A stretch of DNA of 64,000 nucleotides from Candidatus Eiseniibacteriota bacterium (lineage in GTDB: Bacteria; Eisenbacteria; RBG-16-71-46): positions 47,364 to 111,363 of the forward strand of contig JBGAOB010000001.1 in NCBI GenBank assembly GCA_044222045.1, read 5' to 3'. The notes under the pieces were generated by a model. That model had not been told where the DNA came from, did not search any database, and saw only the letters and a program-made list of their open reading frames with translations. The translations under genes were made by a program, and so were the position numbers. Of this stretch, positions 52,150 through 62,605 are shown one piece after another (within the stretch, counting starts at the first letter, position 1; every line of letters begins with the position of its first letter).

Positions 52150-54168
52150 CTACTCGGCGATGACCACGCGCGTGGTGGTGCGCTCCGCTCCCTGCGACAG
52201 CCGCAGCCAGTAGAGTCCCGGCGCGATGCGCTCGCCCTCGGCGAGCTTGGCCACGTGCGCGCCCGCGCCCAACGCGCCCACGTCACGCGACGCCACGCGG
52301 CGACCGCTGACATCGTAGAGCGCGAGTTCCGCGGGCGCGGCATGCGGCAGCGAGAACGCCACGCGCAGGTCGGAGCCGTGCGCGGGATTCGGGCGCGCGC
52401 CGGAAAGCGCGAACCGAGGTGCGCCCGGCACCGTCACCCACGCTTCGCTCGTGATCGACTCGCCCTCGGGACCCGACACCCGCAACTGGTAGGCGTAGCG
52501 CTGACCCGCGCCCACGCTGCGGTCTTCGTAGCCCAGCGCGTCGGGGCCCTGCATGGTGGCGAGACCGAGCGGTTCCCACGAGGTCTGCTCCGTGCGACGC
52601 CACACGCGGCCGCTCAGCACGCCGGCACCCGGCGACCACCACCGCAGCCGCACCAGGCCCGGCTCGGCGTGCGCGTCTTCCAGCGCGAGCTGCACCGGCA
52701 CGATGCCGTCCGCGCCGTAGTGCTGTGCGCGCAAGGGGCCTTCGTTCCAGACGACGTACACACCACCCTGCCCATCGGGACGCAGGGTGCTCTGGATCTC
52801 GATCTCCGACAGCCCCGGCGACACGCTTCGGCCTTCGGGCGTCCAGCCCGGTGCGGGCTGCCCGTTCGCCCCCAGATGCTGCACGTAGGAGTACTGCCCG
52901 AAGGAGTCCTCGAACACCAGGAACACGCCGCCCATGCCGTCGGGTGCCATCTCCACCTCGTTGAGGTAGCCCGGACGCGTACTGATCAGAGCGCCCTGTG
53001 CCGGCCAGCCCGGGTGCACGCTGCCGTCGTCGCGAAGGCGGAGCACGAACGCCTGCGCCTGGCTCGGCACGTCGGTCCACGCGAGGAAGCAACCGCCATA
53101 GCCGTCTGGCGCCAGCGAGGGGAACTGCTGTTCGCCGGGAGCCGTCACCACCGGCAGCCCCGTGGGCGGCCAGCGCGGATCGAGGCGACCGTCGGCCAGC
53201 GTGTGCGCCGCGTAGATGTTGGTGCGGCTGAAGTCGGTCGGCGACTCGCGGAAGTCCTGCCACGCCGCGAACACACCGCCACCGCCGTCGGTGCAGACCT
53301 GTTCCGGCCAGTAGCCATGCGGGAACGGCACCGCGCCCATGGCAACGCCCTGCGTGGGCCAGCCCGGAGCTCGTCGGCCGTCGCGGAGGAACCGCTGCGC
53401 GCGGATCGAGTAGCCATCGTTCCATGTGAGGACGACGCCACCCTCGGGCGCAGCGCCCGGGAACAACCCGGTCCCTGACTGGTCGCGAAACGCGCCGCAC
53501 GAACAGGGGTCGGCCCCCGACTCCGGCCATCCGGGAGCGAGTGCCCCATCCGAAGTGAGGCGCGTGACCATGATGCCGTGGAGCGCTCCGCCGGGGACGT
53601 TCTCGTAGTACCGCTCGTCCTCCCACGCCACGTACACACCCGACGTGTCCTCGGCGAAGAGCCTTGGGAAGTAGTACCAGGCCGTGGGTGTTCCGAACTG
53701 GCCCGCGCGCCCGAGCTCCGGCCAGCCGGGCATGCGGGCACCGTCCGCCGCCAACCGAGTGATGTAGGACTGCACCACCCCGGGGTAGCCCCCGTTCCAA
53801 GCAAAGTAGGCGCCGCCGGACCCATCCAATGCCGCGTCACCCGGAAGCTGCGGACCTCCTGCGCTGGAGACATCGAGCCCGGCAGAAGACCAGCCGCCAG
53901 GCAGAAGACCATTCGGCGTGAGCCGTTGTGCTCGGACTTCGAGTTGAGACACGTCCCGGAAGAGCACAAAGAGACCCGCTGCCCCGTCTCCCACGATCGC
54001 GGGGAAGTCAGACCGGGGGGCGACCAGATTTCCGTCTTGTCCCCATTGGGCGTGGGCGGTCGGCGCCGCTCCAGAGAAGAGAAAGGCGAGCACCCCGGCG
54101 GACAAAGCCATCCGCCGCAGCGTGGACGCGCGTGACCACCCAAGTCGTTTTCCATCACTCAACCTCAT
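52150..54168 (-). CDS. secreted DG-GG/W-rich repeat protein with T9SS-like C-terminal sorting domain
   Basis: Signal peptide …MALSAGVLAFLFSGAAPTAHA; repeats (DGSGGAYFAWNGG…, DGGGGVFAAWQDFRESPTDFSRTNIYAAHT…); C-terminal domain …GLYWLRLSQGAERTTTRVVIAE. Start is 54168 or 54111. Confidence 0.8.
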   Translation of the reverse strand: MRLSDGKRLGWSRASTLRRMALSAGVLAFLFSGAAPTAHAQWGQDGNLVAPRSDFPAIVGDGAAGLFVLFRDVSQLEVRAQRLTPNGLLPGGWSSAGLDVSSAGGPQLPGDAALDGSGGAYFAWNGGYPGVVQSYITRLAADGARMPGWPELGRAGQFGTPTAWYYFPRLFAEDTSGVYVAWEDERYYENVPGGALHGIMVTRLTSDGALAPGWPESGADPCSCGAFRDQSGTGLFPGAAPEGGVVLTWNDGYSIRAQRFLRDGRRAPGWPTQGVAMGAVPFPHGYWPEQVCTDGGGGVFAAWQDFRESPTDFSRTNIYAAHTLADGRLDPRWPPTGLPVVTAPGEQQFPSLAPDGYGGCFLAWTDVPSQAQAFVLRLRDDGSVHPGWPAQGALISTRPGYLNEVEMAPDGMGGVFLVFEDSFGQYSYVQHLGANGQPAPGWTPEGRSVSPGLSEIEIQSTLRPDGQGGVYVVWNEGPLRAQHYGADGIVPVQLALEDAHAEPGLVRLRWWSPGAGVLSGRVWRRTEQTSWEPLGLATMQGPDALGYEDRSVGAGQRYAYQLRVSGPEGESITSEAWVTVPGAPRFALSGARPNPAHGSDLRVAFSLPHAAPAELALYDVSGRRVASRDVGALGAGAHVAKLAEGERIAPGLYWLRLSQGAERTTTRVVIAE

Positions 54169-54321
54169 CGGACGCACACCCCCAGCATGGGAAACAAAAT
54201 CATTGATCACGAGAGACGCGCCGCCAACCCTCGCCCTGGCGAGTTCATGCGGACGTTGTCCGATTCACGCCAAGGGAGGCCGAGCAATGAGAGCCAGACT
54301 CCGGGCCAGCGCAGATTGTAG

Positions 54322-54330
54322 CCCCCCCCC
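54322..54330 (+). repeat. C9 homopolymer tract in the RBS/start region of the Kelch-like cargo gene
   Basis: gCCCCCCCCCgtagggATG; the longest homopolymer seen in the window. Confidence 0.6.
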
Positions 54331-54359
54331 GTAGGGATGCGGTCCATGGAATTCTCCTC

Positions 54360-57300
54360 GTGGCGGCTCTTGCGAGCTGCCTCTGTTCACCAGCGCACGC
54401 CGATCTGCCGGCGGCAAAGCACGCCGGCAAGTGGACCAACCTCGTCACCTGGCCGCACATCCAGGTGCACGCCACCCTACAGCCCTCCGACCAGGCGCAC
54501 AGCAGCATCCTGTGGTGGCGAGGCGACGAGTCGCTGGACGTGCCCCTGGCAGGTGGGCTCCGGGACTGGAACCCACCCGACGACGCGGCGCTGAATGGTG
54601 GCAGCTTCGTGGTCTCACCCACCTACTTTGCCGACCACCCCATCCCCGATCCGCTCCCGAACGTGGACATCTTCTGCGGCGGGGCGTCCCACCTGCCGGA
54701 CGGGCGCGTGCTCATCACGGGCGGCAACGAGTTTGGCGAGATCGGGCTCAAGCGCGCGGTCGTGTTCGACCCGTCGCGCCTCTTGATCCCGAATGCAAAT
54801 CCGTGGGTGCCGCAACCGGACATGAGCTTCCGGCGCTGGTACCCGACGAACACGATGCTCGGCAGCGGCAAGACGCTCGTGCTCTCGGGCAGCGAGTACC
54901 GCCAGATGGTCGTGTTCGGCGGCGTGAACGGCTCGGGCCAACAGGATGATGGTATCCAGCGATTCGGCGTCGCCAACGGTGGCACGTGGGACGCAACCAT
55001 CACGACAACGGGGACGAACCGACCGACCGAGCACGAGGGCCTGGCCATGATGGCCACGAGACGCGAGGGCATCTATGCGCTCGCGTTCGGCGGCCGTCGA
55101 ACGGTCTCGGGGCCAACCGTGTACTCGAACGACACCTATCGGCTCGATCGGGGCGGGAACACCTTTGGCGCCGACTACTCGTTCGGTTGGACCAGGCATG
55201 GAAAGGTGGCCGATCCCTCCGCAGGGCTGCCGACTCCCCGCGCCTTCGCCGGGCTCGTCTTGATCGAGAAGATCGGCCAGCCGCTTTACATGATCGTGGT
55301 GGATGGCCTTGGTCGCGCCCAGCCCGGCGATCCCGAAGTCGTGCTCTCCGATGTCTGGCGCGGCGAGTTCCGCCCAGCATCAGCCGATTGGGTCTGGCGA
55401 AGAGTGACGGTCACCGGCGGACCGGGCCCCCGTTACGGTCACTCCATCGTCTACGACGAGAAGACCGACCACATCTTCCTGTTCGGCGGGAGCGCCACCA
55501 TCGGCGGCACGCCCACCGACAACGGCGTCTGGTCCATCAGCGCAGCCTCCATCCTCGGCGGCAACAACCCCTCCGCAACATGGAACTCGTGCACCGTCAC
55601 CGGCACGCCGCCCACCGCGCGCACCGAGCACACCCTTACCCGGCACCGGGAGCGCTACCGCGACGCGAACAACGCGACCGAGGTCTTCACGCGGGCGATC
55701 CTGTTCGGTGGGCGCACGAATTACTCGCCGAGCACGCTCGCGAACAACGCCGCGTGGCAACTCTGGATGCTCACGTCCACGAGCGTCGAGTGGCGACCGC
55801 TCACATCCGTGGGTGGACCGCCGCCCGCTCGTGCGGCCCATGGCGCAGCCGTGGATCCCACCGCGGACGGCCTCGCGATCGCCGGCGGTGTCGACGCGAC
55901 CGGCGCGATCGACCCTTCGACATGGTTCGCAGACCTGAAGTGCGATCCATGCGGGCAGGACGTGCTGAACTGGGAACACCTGGGTGACATGCCCGCGGGC
56001 AAGCGTGGATTCACCGGCATGCTCAACCGTGACTTCCAGCAATTCGCTCGCGTGCCCGAGGTGTTCGATGCCGGCACGAACGGCGTTGGCTCGTGGGCTG
56101 CGCTCGGCTCTTCGCTCAAGCTGCAGGACTGGTATCCGTTCATGTTCCAGCTCCCCAGCAGCCTCGGCGTCAATCGCGTCTTCGCTGCCGGCCCCGACAC
56201 CAACTCGTGGTCACTGGACCTGAACGCGAACCCGCCGGCGTGGCAGGCCTATCCAACTGGCGCGAATTCGAGCGGCTTCGTTGGCGGCTCGGCCGTGATG
56301 TTCCGCCCGGGCGAAGTCATGAAGACGGGCACGAGGGACACCGAGAAGTCGTCGGGGGACGCGGTCGCCACGACGAAGTCGGTCAATCTGAATGCCGGCT
56401 CGCCTGCATGGGTACCCTCCGTCAACGACATGCGCTACGCGCGAGTCAATCACAACCTCACGCTGCTGCCCTCCGGCGAGGCGATCGTCACGGGCGGCAC
56501 CCGTGGCGTGGGCAACGCGCTCAACGACCGGCCGGTGTACCAGCCCGAGATCTGGAACCCCGACTACACGGATCCAGCGCAGCCCGGAAAGCGTGGCTAC
56601 TGGTACGGCGCGAATTTCGGCGAGTCGGTGCAGCTCGACACGACCGTGGCCGTGCGTGGCTATCACTCGACGACACTCCTGCTGCCGGACGGCCGCCTGT
56701 TCCAGGGCGGCGGTAACGAGCACCCCGCGGACCACAAGACCGTTGCGCAGTACAGCCCGCCCTACCTGTTCCAGGCCAATGGTCAGCCGGCGGTGCGCGC
56801 GAAGATCCTCGGCGTACGAGGGCGCGTGGCCTACGACGACACGGTCAGCGTCGTGACCGATGTCGCCGTCGACCACTTCGTCCTCATGCGGGCTGGAGCG
56901 GTGACGCATGGCTTCGACCAGGACCAGCGGATCGTCACGCTGGCGCCCGACGGCCCGCCCGTGGCCACCGTTCCGCCCCGCCAGCGCGTACGCATTCCCG
57001 CCGATCCGAACACGCTGCCGCCGGGGCCGTACATGTTGTTCGCCATGAAGGCGGACGGCACCCCCTCGATCGCGCGCTGGCTGTTCGTGGGCCAGCCGCC
57101 CTTCATGCGCGACATGGGTGATCGCGAGCGGCCGAGCGCGGTCACGCTCAGCGTGCTTTCCGGCTGTTCGGGTACCGCGGCGGTCTACTGGAACGCCCCC
57201 GCCGACGACAGCGTGTTCGCCGTCACCGGCAAAGCCGCCAGCTACGACCTGCGCTACGCCACCTCTACTTCTGGGATCCACAATTGGGCTCAGTTTGACA

Positions 57301-58721
57301 CGGCCGCGCAGATCTCCGGGCTCCCCGCGCCGGACGTCCCCGGCATGATGCAGGTGGCCAGCGTGCCGCTCGCGGACGGCAACTACTCGTTGGTGATGAT
57401 CTCGCGCGACGACCGCGCGGCCTACTCTCAGAACACGTCTCCCATGAGCAACGAGCTGTCGTTGATCATCCAGAGTTGCAGCGGCGAGGGCACAGGTGGT
57501 GATCCCGGCGACGAGCTCGTGGGGCCGCACGTGCGGACTGGAACCCATGCCGCGACGGTCGCAACTGCATCTGCCACGGTGGAACGCACCGCCGGAGGCA
57601 TCTCGTTGTTCTCGGGCGTGCCGGATGGCACCTGGGCTCAGGACGAACTGGCGTTGTCGCGAGAGCCCGCGCTCCTGGGCAACCAGCGCATGGTGCGCAT
57701 CTACCGGGGCCCGAGCGGAAGCACGGACCTCGACGCGCTCTCGCTCGTAGCGCTGGATCACGATCCCAACGCGGCTGCCGAGCTGTTGCCGACGAGGGCG
57801 GTTGCAGGTGCGCTCGTGGCTCCACTTGAAATCCACGACGCGGGCGGGCGCGACGTCACGGATCGCTTCATGGGTGACCCGGCGGCGTGCTATGTCGGCG
57901 ACGTGGGCGACAGCCTCACGCTCAGCTTCCCGCCAGTGCCAGCGGGTGGGCCGCCAGCGGTGCTCACGCTCACCGGACGTGCCACGGCTCGGCCCGATGG
58001 AGAGCCGGGCGGGCTCCTGGTGCAGGTGCGCCGGGGTGATGCCTGGCATGTCGTTGCGCGGCATCATCCTCGAGCTCGGCTCGGAGCGAGCGCAGTGGAC
58101 TCGGTGGATGGCGAAGAAGTTCGGCTCGTGTTCCTGAGCAATGTCGCGCTCACGCGCGCCGAGCGGCTGATCCCTGGCGAGCCCCCTGTGGAACACGCCC
58201 TCACGGCCGTTGGCGCAGCGCACTCGCGGCTGGGGCAAGTCACTCCCGGCGTCCTGACCACTGGTGCCGACAGCGTCGCGCTCGGCCCCGCCGATACGCT
58301 CTACGCGTACTTCACGCCCCCGGCCGATCCCGCGCCGGGCACGACGCGGAGCTGGTTCCTGCGGGTGCGCGGGCGTCAGAGCGGCGGCGATGGCGTGGAG
58401 AGCAGCCGCAGCCGGCCGACCAGCGAGCCCACCGCTGCGCCACCGACGCGCTTCGCCCTCCGGCAGAACGTCCCCAACCCGTTCCGTGGCGGCACGTCGA
58501 TCGCCTTCGACCTGCCGGTGTCCGCGCGCGTGTCGCTCGAGGTGTTCGACACGCAGGGCCGCCGGGTGCGGCAACTCGGTGGCGCCTACGCCCCGGGCCG
58601 CCACAGCGTGGACTGGGATCTCCGTTCGGATCGCGGCGAGCGAGTCGCTCCCGGCGTGTACCTCTACCGGATGCGCGCCGGCTCTTTCCGCGCCGAGCGC
58701 AAGATGATCGTTCTGCCGTAA
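54360..58721 (+). CDS. Kelch/galactose-oxidase-like beta-propeller protein with DUF1929-like E-set domain and T9SS-like C-terminal sorting domain
   Basis: Kelch-type blades (…RYGHSIVYDEKTDHIFLFGG…); galactose/glyoxal-oxidase-like C-terminal region (…DHFVLMRAGAVTHGFDQDQRIVTL…PPGPYMLFAM…); sorting domain …GVYLYRMRAGSFRAERKMIVLP. The annotated GTG start gives a poor signal peptide; ATG 54337 in the +1 frame gives MRSMEFS…. Confidence 0.8.
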   Translation: MAALASCLCSPAHADLPAAKHAGKWTNLVTWPHIQVHATLQPSDQAHSSILWWRGDESLDVPLAGGLRDWNPPDDAALNGGSFVVSPTYFADHPIPDPLPNVDIFCGGASHLPDGRVLITGGNEFGEIGLKRAVVFDPSRLLIPNANPWVPQPDMSFRRWYPTNTMLGSGKTLVLSGSEYRQMVVFGGVNGSGQQDDGIQRFGVANGGTWDATITTTGTNRPTEHEGLAMMATRREGIYALAFGGRRTVSGPTVYSNDTYRLDRGGNTFGADYSFGWTRHGKVADPSAGLPTPRAFAGLVLIEKIGQPLYMIVVDGLGRAQPGDPEVVLSDVWRGEFRPASADWVWRRVTVTGGPGPRYGHSIVYDEKTDHIFLFGGSATIGGTPTDNGVWSISAASILGGNNPSATWNSCTVTGTPPTARTEHTLTRHRERYRDANNATEVFTRAILFGGRTNYSPSTLANNAAWQLWMLTSTSVEWRPLTSVGGPPPARAAHGAAVDPTADGLAIAGGVDATGAIDPSTWFADLKCDPCGQDVLNWEHLGDMPAGKRGFTGMLNRDFQQFARVPEVFDAGTNGVGSWAALGSSLKLQDWYPFMFQLPSSLGVNRVFAAGPDTNSWSLDLNANPPAWQAYPTGANSSGFVGGSAVMFRPGEVMKTGTRDTEKSSGDAVATTKSVNLNAGSPAWVPSVNDMRYARVNHNLTLLPSGEAIVTGGTRGVGNALNDRPVYQPEIWNPDYTDPAQPGKRGYWYGANFGESVQLDTTVAVRGYHSTTLLLPDGRLFQGGGNEHPADHKTVAQYSPPYLFQANGQPAVRAKILGVRGRVAYDDTVSVVTDVAVDHFVLMRAGAVTHGFDQDQRIVTLAPDGPPVATVPPRQRVRIPADPNTLPPGPYMLFAMKADGTPSIARWLFVGQPPFMRDMGDRERPSAVTLSVLSGCSGTAAVYWNAPADDSVFAVTGKAASYDLRYATSTSGIHNWAQFDTAAQISGLPAPDVPGMMQVASVPLADGNYSLVMISRDDRAAYSQNTSPMSNELSLIIQSCSGEGTGGDPGDELVGPHVRTGTHAATVATASATVERTAGGISLFSGVPDGTWAQDELALSREPALLGNQRMVRIYRGPSGSTDLDALSLVALDHDPNAAAELLPTRAVAGALVAPLEIHDAGGRDVTDRFMGDPAACYVGDVGDSLTLSFPPVPAGGPPAVLTLTGRATARPDGEPGGLLVQVRRGDAWHVVARHHPRARLGASAVDSVDGEEVRLVFLSNVALTRAERLIPGEPPVEHALTAVGAAHSRLGQVTPGVLTTGADSVALGPADTLYAYFTPPADPAPGTTRSWFLRVRGRQSGGDGVESSRSRPTSEPTAAPPTRFALRQNVPNPFRGGTSIAFDLPVSARVSLEVFDTQGRRVRQLGGAYAPGRHSVDWDLRSDRGERVAPGVYLYRMRAGSFRAERKMIVLP

Positions 58722-58747
58722 GCCCTGCTGCCCACTCCAAACTCATC

Positions 58748-58793
58748 GGCGCCCGCGACGGAAGGTCGTCGCGGGCGCCGGTGTTTGCGATGA
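58748..58793 (+). terminator. second copy of the GGCGCCCGCGACG…CGTCGCGGGCGCC-GGTGTTTGCGATG terminator
   Basis: 46/47 nt identical to 52098-52144; lies between convergent genes. Confidence 0.65.
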
Positions 58794-58799
58794 GTCGCG

Positions 58800-60281
58800 T
58801 CAGTCGCCGTTCACGCCGACCGCGCCATCGAATGCGGCGCGCAGCTCCGCGTCCACCATGCCGCCCGCCCACGCGAGTGCGGTGGTCCAGCTCTCGGGTT
58901 CGCTGCGGCCCGAGGCGCGCGCGATCACGAATCGGATGCCCACGCCCGCCAGGCCCACGGTGCGACACCAGCACGGCGCTTCCACGCCGTCGCACGACAG
59001 CGACTCGCTGCGTTCGAGCAGTTCCAGCACCGTGCGCGCGCGGCCGCTCGCGTCGCGCTTGGCGAGCGCGGCCAGCTCGGCGCGGCCGTCCTCGCTCCAG
59101 CCCCACGCCCCCGCGGCCAGCGCGTGGCCCAGCAGCAACCGCTCGCGCGCAGGCAGGCCGATGCGCGCGGCCACCTGCGTCAGCCGCAACGTCGCGAGCT
59201 CGGCGGCGGCGCGCTCGCGCCCGCCGCGCTCGGCGCGCGCCAGCACCACCGCCAGCGCGGCGTCGGCCTGCACGCGGAAGCGTCGCGCCGTCTCCAGCGC
59301 CACGCCCGCCTGCTCGCACAGACCGGCCAGCGCTTCCAGGTCACCACTGTCCCAGCCGCGGCCGTCGGGCCGCTCGTCGGCCAGCAGCATCGCTTCGAGC
59401 CCGTTCGCCGCCGGCAGCGGCGCCACCAGCGCGACACCCGCCGCGATCAGCGGCCCGCGCTCGGGCGCCAGCTCGGCGAAGCGTTCGAGCTCCGCGCGCG
59501 TCACCGGGCGGCCGAGGCCGGCCACGATCGCACCCAGCTCGCCGTCGGCGCGCAACGGCAGCCCGGCCAGCTCGGGCCAGCGCGCGCCGGAGCCCGCGAG
59601 CGCGGTCAGCGCGCCGTCGGCCTCGGCCTGGCGCAGCACCACGCTGCCGGCGCCCAGCAGCCGGCGCGCGGACAGCAGCACGCCGCGCGACAGCTCGTGT
59701 TCGTCGAGTGAACGTCGCAAGCCGTGCGACACCTCGTTGCTCACGTGACGCAGGCGCTGTTCGCGCTTGAGCTCGGTGTGCGCCCGCCGCGCTTCGTCCT
59801 GCGCGTGCGTGAGCGCGACTTCGAGTTCGTGCTGGCGGCTGCGCGCGATGCGCGCGTCGTTGCTGCGCGCGAGCAGCCGCTTCATGCGCGCGATCAGCTC
59901 GCGCGGCGAGAACGGCTTGGCCAGGAAGTCGTCGGCGCCGCGCGACAGGCCTTCGAGCCGCGCGTCGGTGTCGGCGGTGGCCGACAGCAGCACGATGGGC
60001 ACCTGCGGATCGTCGGGATCGTGGCGCAGGTACTCGCACACCTCGAGCCCGGTCTTCCGCGGCAACCGCACGTCGAGCACGATCAGGTCGGGGCGCTCGG
60101 CGGTGGCGCGGCGGATCGCCTCGTCGCCGTCCATCGCGGTGATCACGCGGTAGCGCTGCTGCGTGAGTGCGATCTGCAGCAGTTCGAGCACGCGGCGGTC
60201 GTCGTCCACCACCAGCACCAGCGGTGGCTGCGGCGCGCGCGACGCGGACTGCGTGTCGAAGCCGGAGAGCACCAGACTCAC
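58800..60281 (-). CDS. response regulator: receiver domain plus coiled coil plus GAF-like domain of unknown output
   Basis: GTG start 60279-60281 with GAGGAGG upstream, overlapping the upstream stop (GTGA); receiver …LVLVVDDDRRVLELLQ…DLIVLDVRLPRKTGLEVCEYLR…LLSATADTDARLEGLSRGADDFLAKPFSPREL…. Confidence 0.75.
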   Translation of the reverse strand: MSLVLSGFDTQSASRAPQPPLVLVVDDDRRVLELLQIALTQQRYRVITAMDGDEAIRRATAERPDLIVLDVRLPRKTGLEVCEYLRHDPDDPQVPIVLLSATADTDARLEGLSRGADDFLAKPFSPRELIARMKRLLARSNDARIARSRQHELEVALTHAQDEARRAHTELKREQRLRHVSNEVSHGLRRSLDEHELSRGVLLSARRLLGAGSVVLRQAEADGALTALAGSGARWPELAGLPLRADGELGAIVAGLGRPVTRAELERFAELAPERGPLIAAGVALVAPLPAANGLEAMLLADERPDGRGWDSGDLEALAGLCEQAGVALETARRFRVQADAALAVVLARAERGGRERAAAELATLRLTQVAARIGLPARERLLLGHALAAGAWGWSEDGRAELAALAKRDASGRARTVLELLERSESLSCDGVEAPCWCRTVGLAGVGIRFVIARASGRSEPESWTTALAWAGGMVDAELRAAFDGAVGVNGD

Positions 60282-62605
60282 TTGCGGCCTCCTCGCGTCG
60301 GAAGGCCGAGCAGCGTGAACAGGCGGTCCACGGAACCGGCCTCGAAGGGCTTGCGCAGACTGTGGACCACGCCGGCCTCGCGGGCCAGCTTTTCGTCGTC
60401 GGCGTCGCGGGTGAGGGCGACCACGGCCACGCCGGTGGGCGCGGCGGCGGCGGCCTGCACGGCGGCGGCCAGGTGCGCGGGACCCGTGGCGTCCGGCAAT
60501 TGCACGTCCACGCACACCAGGCCCCAGCCGCCGCGACCGAGTTCGCGCACCAGGTCGATGCCGAGTTCCACGCTCACCGTGCGGAAGCCGCGCTGCTCCA
60601 ACAGGCGCTGCAGAAAGATGTTGGCCACCAGCGAATCCTCGGCGACCAGCGCCAGCCGCGAGGTGATCTCGAGCGGCTCGGCGGGCGCTTCGGGAACGGC
60701 GGGAGCCACCGCGACGGGCGCGGGCGGAGCCTCGCCCGGGGCGGGCGCTCCCGGGGCGGCGACGGCGGCCGGCGCCACGGGCGCTTCGGCGGTGGGCTCC
60801 GCGGGCGCTTCGATGGACGGGGCTTCGACGACCGGCGCTTCCACCTCGACCGGCGCGACGGCCGCCGGCGCTTCGCCCAGGTGCTCTTCGACCGCGGGCG
60901 TTTCCTCGAGATCGGCGAACGGCGGCTCGACCGGCTCGCTGTCCACGACGGGCTCCGCGTCGGCCGGCGCTCCGGCCACGGGCGCTTCGATCACGTCCGG
61001 CGTCGCCACCCGCTCGGCGGCGGGCGCCTCGCGCACGGGCGTCTCGGCGGCGGCGGCCTGCAGCGCTGCGATCCGCGTGAGTGCGCGCATGGAGCGCGAC
61101 GGCCGCGCACTCGCGGTGTCGACCGGCGAGAGTGCTTCGGCCACGGGCGTCGTCGGCTCGACACACGCTTCGGGCGCTTCGGCCATGGGCGCAGCGATCG
61201 GCTCGGCGCGCAACTCGGGCATCACGACTTCGGGCGCCGACGCTTCGAGTGGTTCCACGTCCTCGGGGCGGAGCAGCGACAGCGTGGGGCGCGACTCGCT
61301 CGCCGGTTCCGCGGCGTGCTCCGTGCCCGTCGTGACGAGCCACTCCACCGGTGCGTCGTCCACGTCGTCGGCCCAGTCGGGCGCCGCCGGCAGCGGTTCG
61401 AGCGCGGGCTCGGCCAGCGGCTCCATCACGATCGGTTGCAGGATCGCCGACGGCGCTTCCGTCACGGGCGCGCTCGCATCGACGACGTGCTCGATCGCCG
61501 CATCATCGTTCGCGTGCGTTTCGTCGATCGTCTCGACCGGCGCTTCCTCGACCGGCGCCACATCCTCGATCGGCCACTCGGGTTCCACCACGGGCGTCGC
61601 GCGCAGCAGCCACGCGGGATCCGCCACCCAGAACAGCGCGCCGTCCTCGCCGTGCACCGCGCGCGAAAGGCCCGACACCGGGGGCGTCGCGTCCGGTTCC
61701 TCGGGGCTCGCGGCGAAGCGCCACACCACGCGGTCGGCGAACAGCCACGCGCGACGCAGGCCGTGCGCGATCAGCGCCGCGGGCCGCTCACCCGCCGGCG
61801 CCGCGCCCCAGCGCAGCGGCGGCAGCACCTGCGCCTCTTCGGCGGCGCGCTCGGCCGACAGCATGCGCAGCTTGAGCACCGAGTGCCACGGCAGCGCCAG
61901 CCCCAGCCGGCCCTGCTCCACCAGCAGGAACGCCTGCCGCTGCAGCAGCCGCGGCACGACGATGCGCCAGCGGCGCGAGCCCGCGCGCTCGGGCGCGAGG
62001 TGCCCACCCACGGTGCCCAGCACGTCGCCCGTGCCTTCGAGGCCCTCGGCTTGCCATACGTTCAGTCGCAGCGCCACGAAGTCGTCGTGGATCTCCACGT
62101 CCACCGGCTGCTCGGTGTCGGCGCCCAGCCAGTCGAGCGACGCGCGAAGCGCCGCGGCCACGGGCGCGGAGGCCATCACCGTTTCCTCGGGCAGCCCGCG
62201 CAGCATCCAGCCCGGCAGCGCGTCGTCGAGCGCGATCGCGGCCACCGCGGGGCCGGCGGGTTCGCCCGGCGCCCAGTGCATGTCGCCGATCGAAGCGGCG
62301 AGCGCGTCGAGTTCGCCGTCGGCCTCCACGAACGGCATCACGTTCTCGTGCGTGCGCACCATCGCGAGCAGCCGCTCCACGCGCTCGAGCACGTGCGTGA
62401 GCGATTCGGGCCGATGCGCGCCCGTGCGCTGCTCCGCCATGGCGAGCACGCGCTCGAGGCCGCGCAGCTCCAGCAGCCGCGCCACCTCGGCGGCCGCGCT
62501 CATCGCCAGCGGCGGCGCGCCCGGCTCGAGTGCGTTCTCGAGCACGTCGGCGAGTCCGCGGGCGATCTCGCGCGTGGTGTGATCCATCGGTCCGGCGCCG
62601 TTCAT
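60278..62605 (-). CDS. CheW-like-domain plus C-terminal receiver protein (CheV-like) with long acidic Pro/Ala/Glu-rich linker
   Basis: ATG 62603-62605 with GGGGAG upstream and ATGA overlap; central segment …RIVVPRLLQRQAFLLVEQGRLGLALPWHSVLKLRMLS… resembles a CheW-like domain; ~250-aa PAPE/PVEA low-complexity linker; C-terminal receiver …LALVAEDSLVANIFLQRLLEQRGFRTV…VCVDVQLPDATG…. The CheW assignment is tentative. Confidence 0.55.
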   Translation of the reverse strand: MNGAGPMDHTTREIARGLADVLENALEPGAPPLAMSAAAEVARLLELRGLERVLAMAEQRTGAHRPESLTHVLERVERLLAMVRTHENVMPFVEADGELDALAASIGDMHWAPGEPAGPAVAAIALDDALPGWMLRGLPEETVMASAPVAAALRASLDWLGADTEQPVDVEIHDDFVALRLNVWQAEGLEGTGDVLGTVGGHLAPERAGSRRWRIVVPRLLQRQAFLLVEQGRLGLALPWHSVLKLRMLSAERAAEEAQVLPPLRWGAAPAGERPAALIAHGLRRAWLFADRVVWRFAASPEEPDATPPVSGLSRAVHGEDGALFWVADPAWLLRATPVVEPEWPIEDVAPVEEAPVETIDETHANDDAAIEHVVDASAPVTEAPSAILQPIVMEPLAEPALEPLPAAPDWADDVDDAPVEWLVTTGTEHAAEPASESRPTLSLLRPEDVEPLEASAPEVVMPELRAEPIAAPMAEAPEACVEPTTPVAEALSPVDTASARPSRSMRALTRIAALQAAAAETPVREAPAAERVATPDVIEAPVAGAPADAEPVVDSEPVEPPFADLEETPAVEEHLGEAPAAVAPVEVEAPVVEAPSIEAPAEPTAEAPVAPAAVAAPGAPAPGEAPPAPVAVAPAVPEAPAEPLEITSRLALVAEDSLVANIFLQRLLEQRGFRTVSVELGIDLVRELGRGGWGLVCVDVQLPDATGPAHLAAAVQAAAAAPTGVAVVALTRDADDEKLAREAGVVHSLRKPFEAGSVDRLFTLLGLPTRGGRK

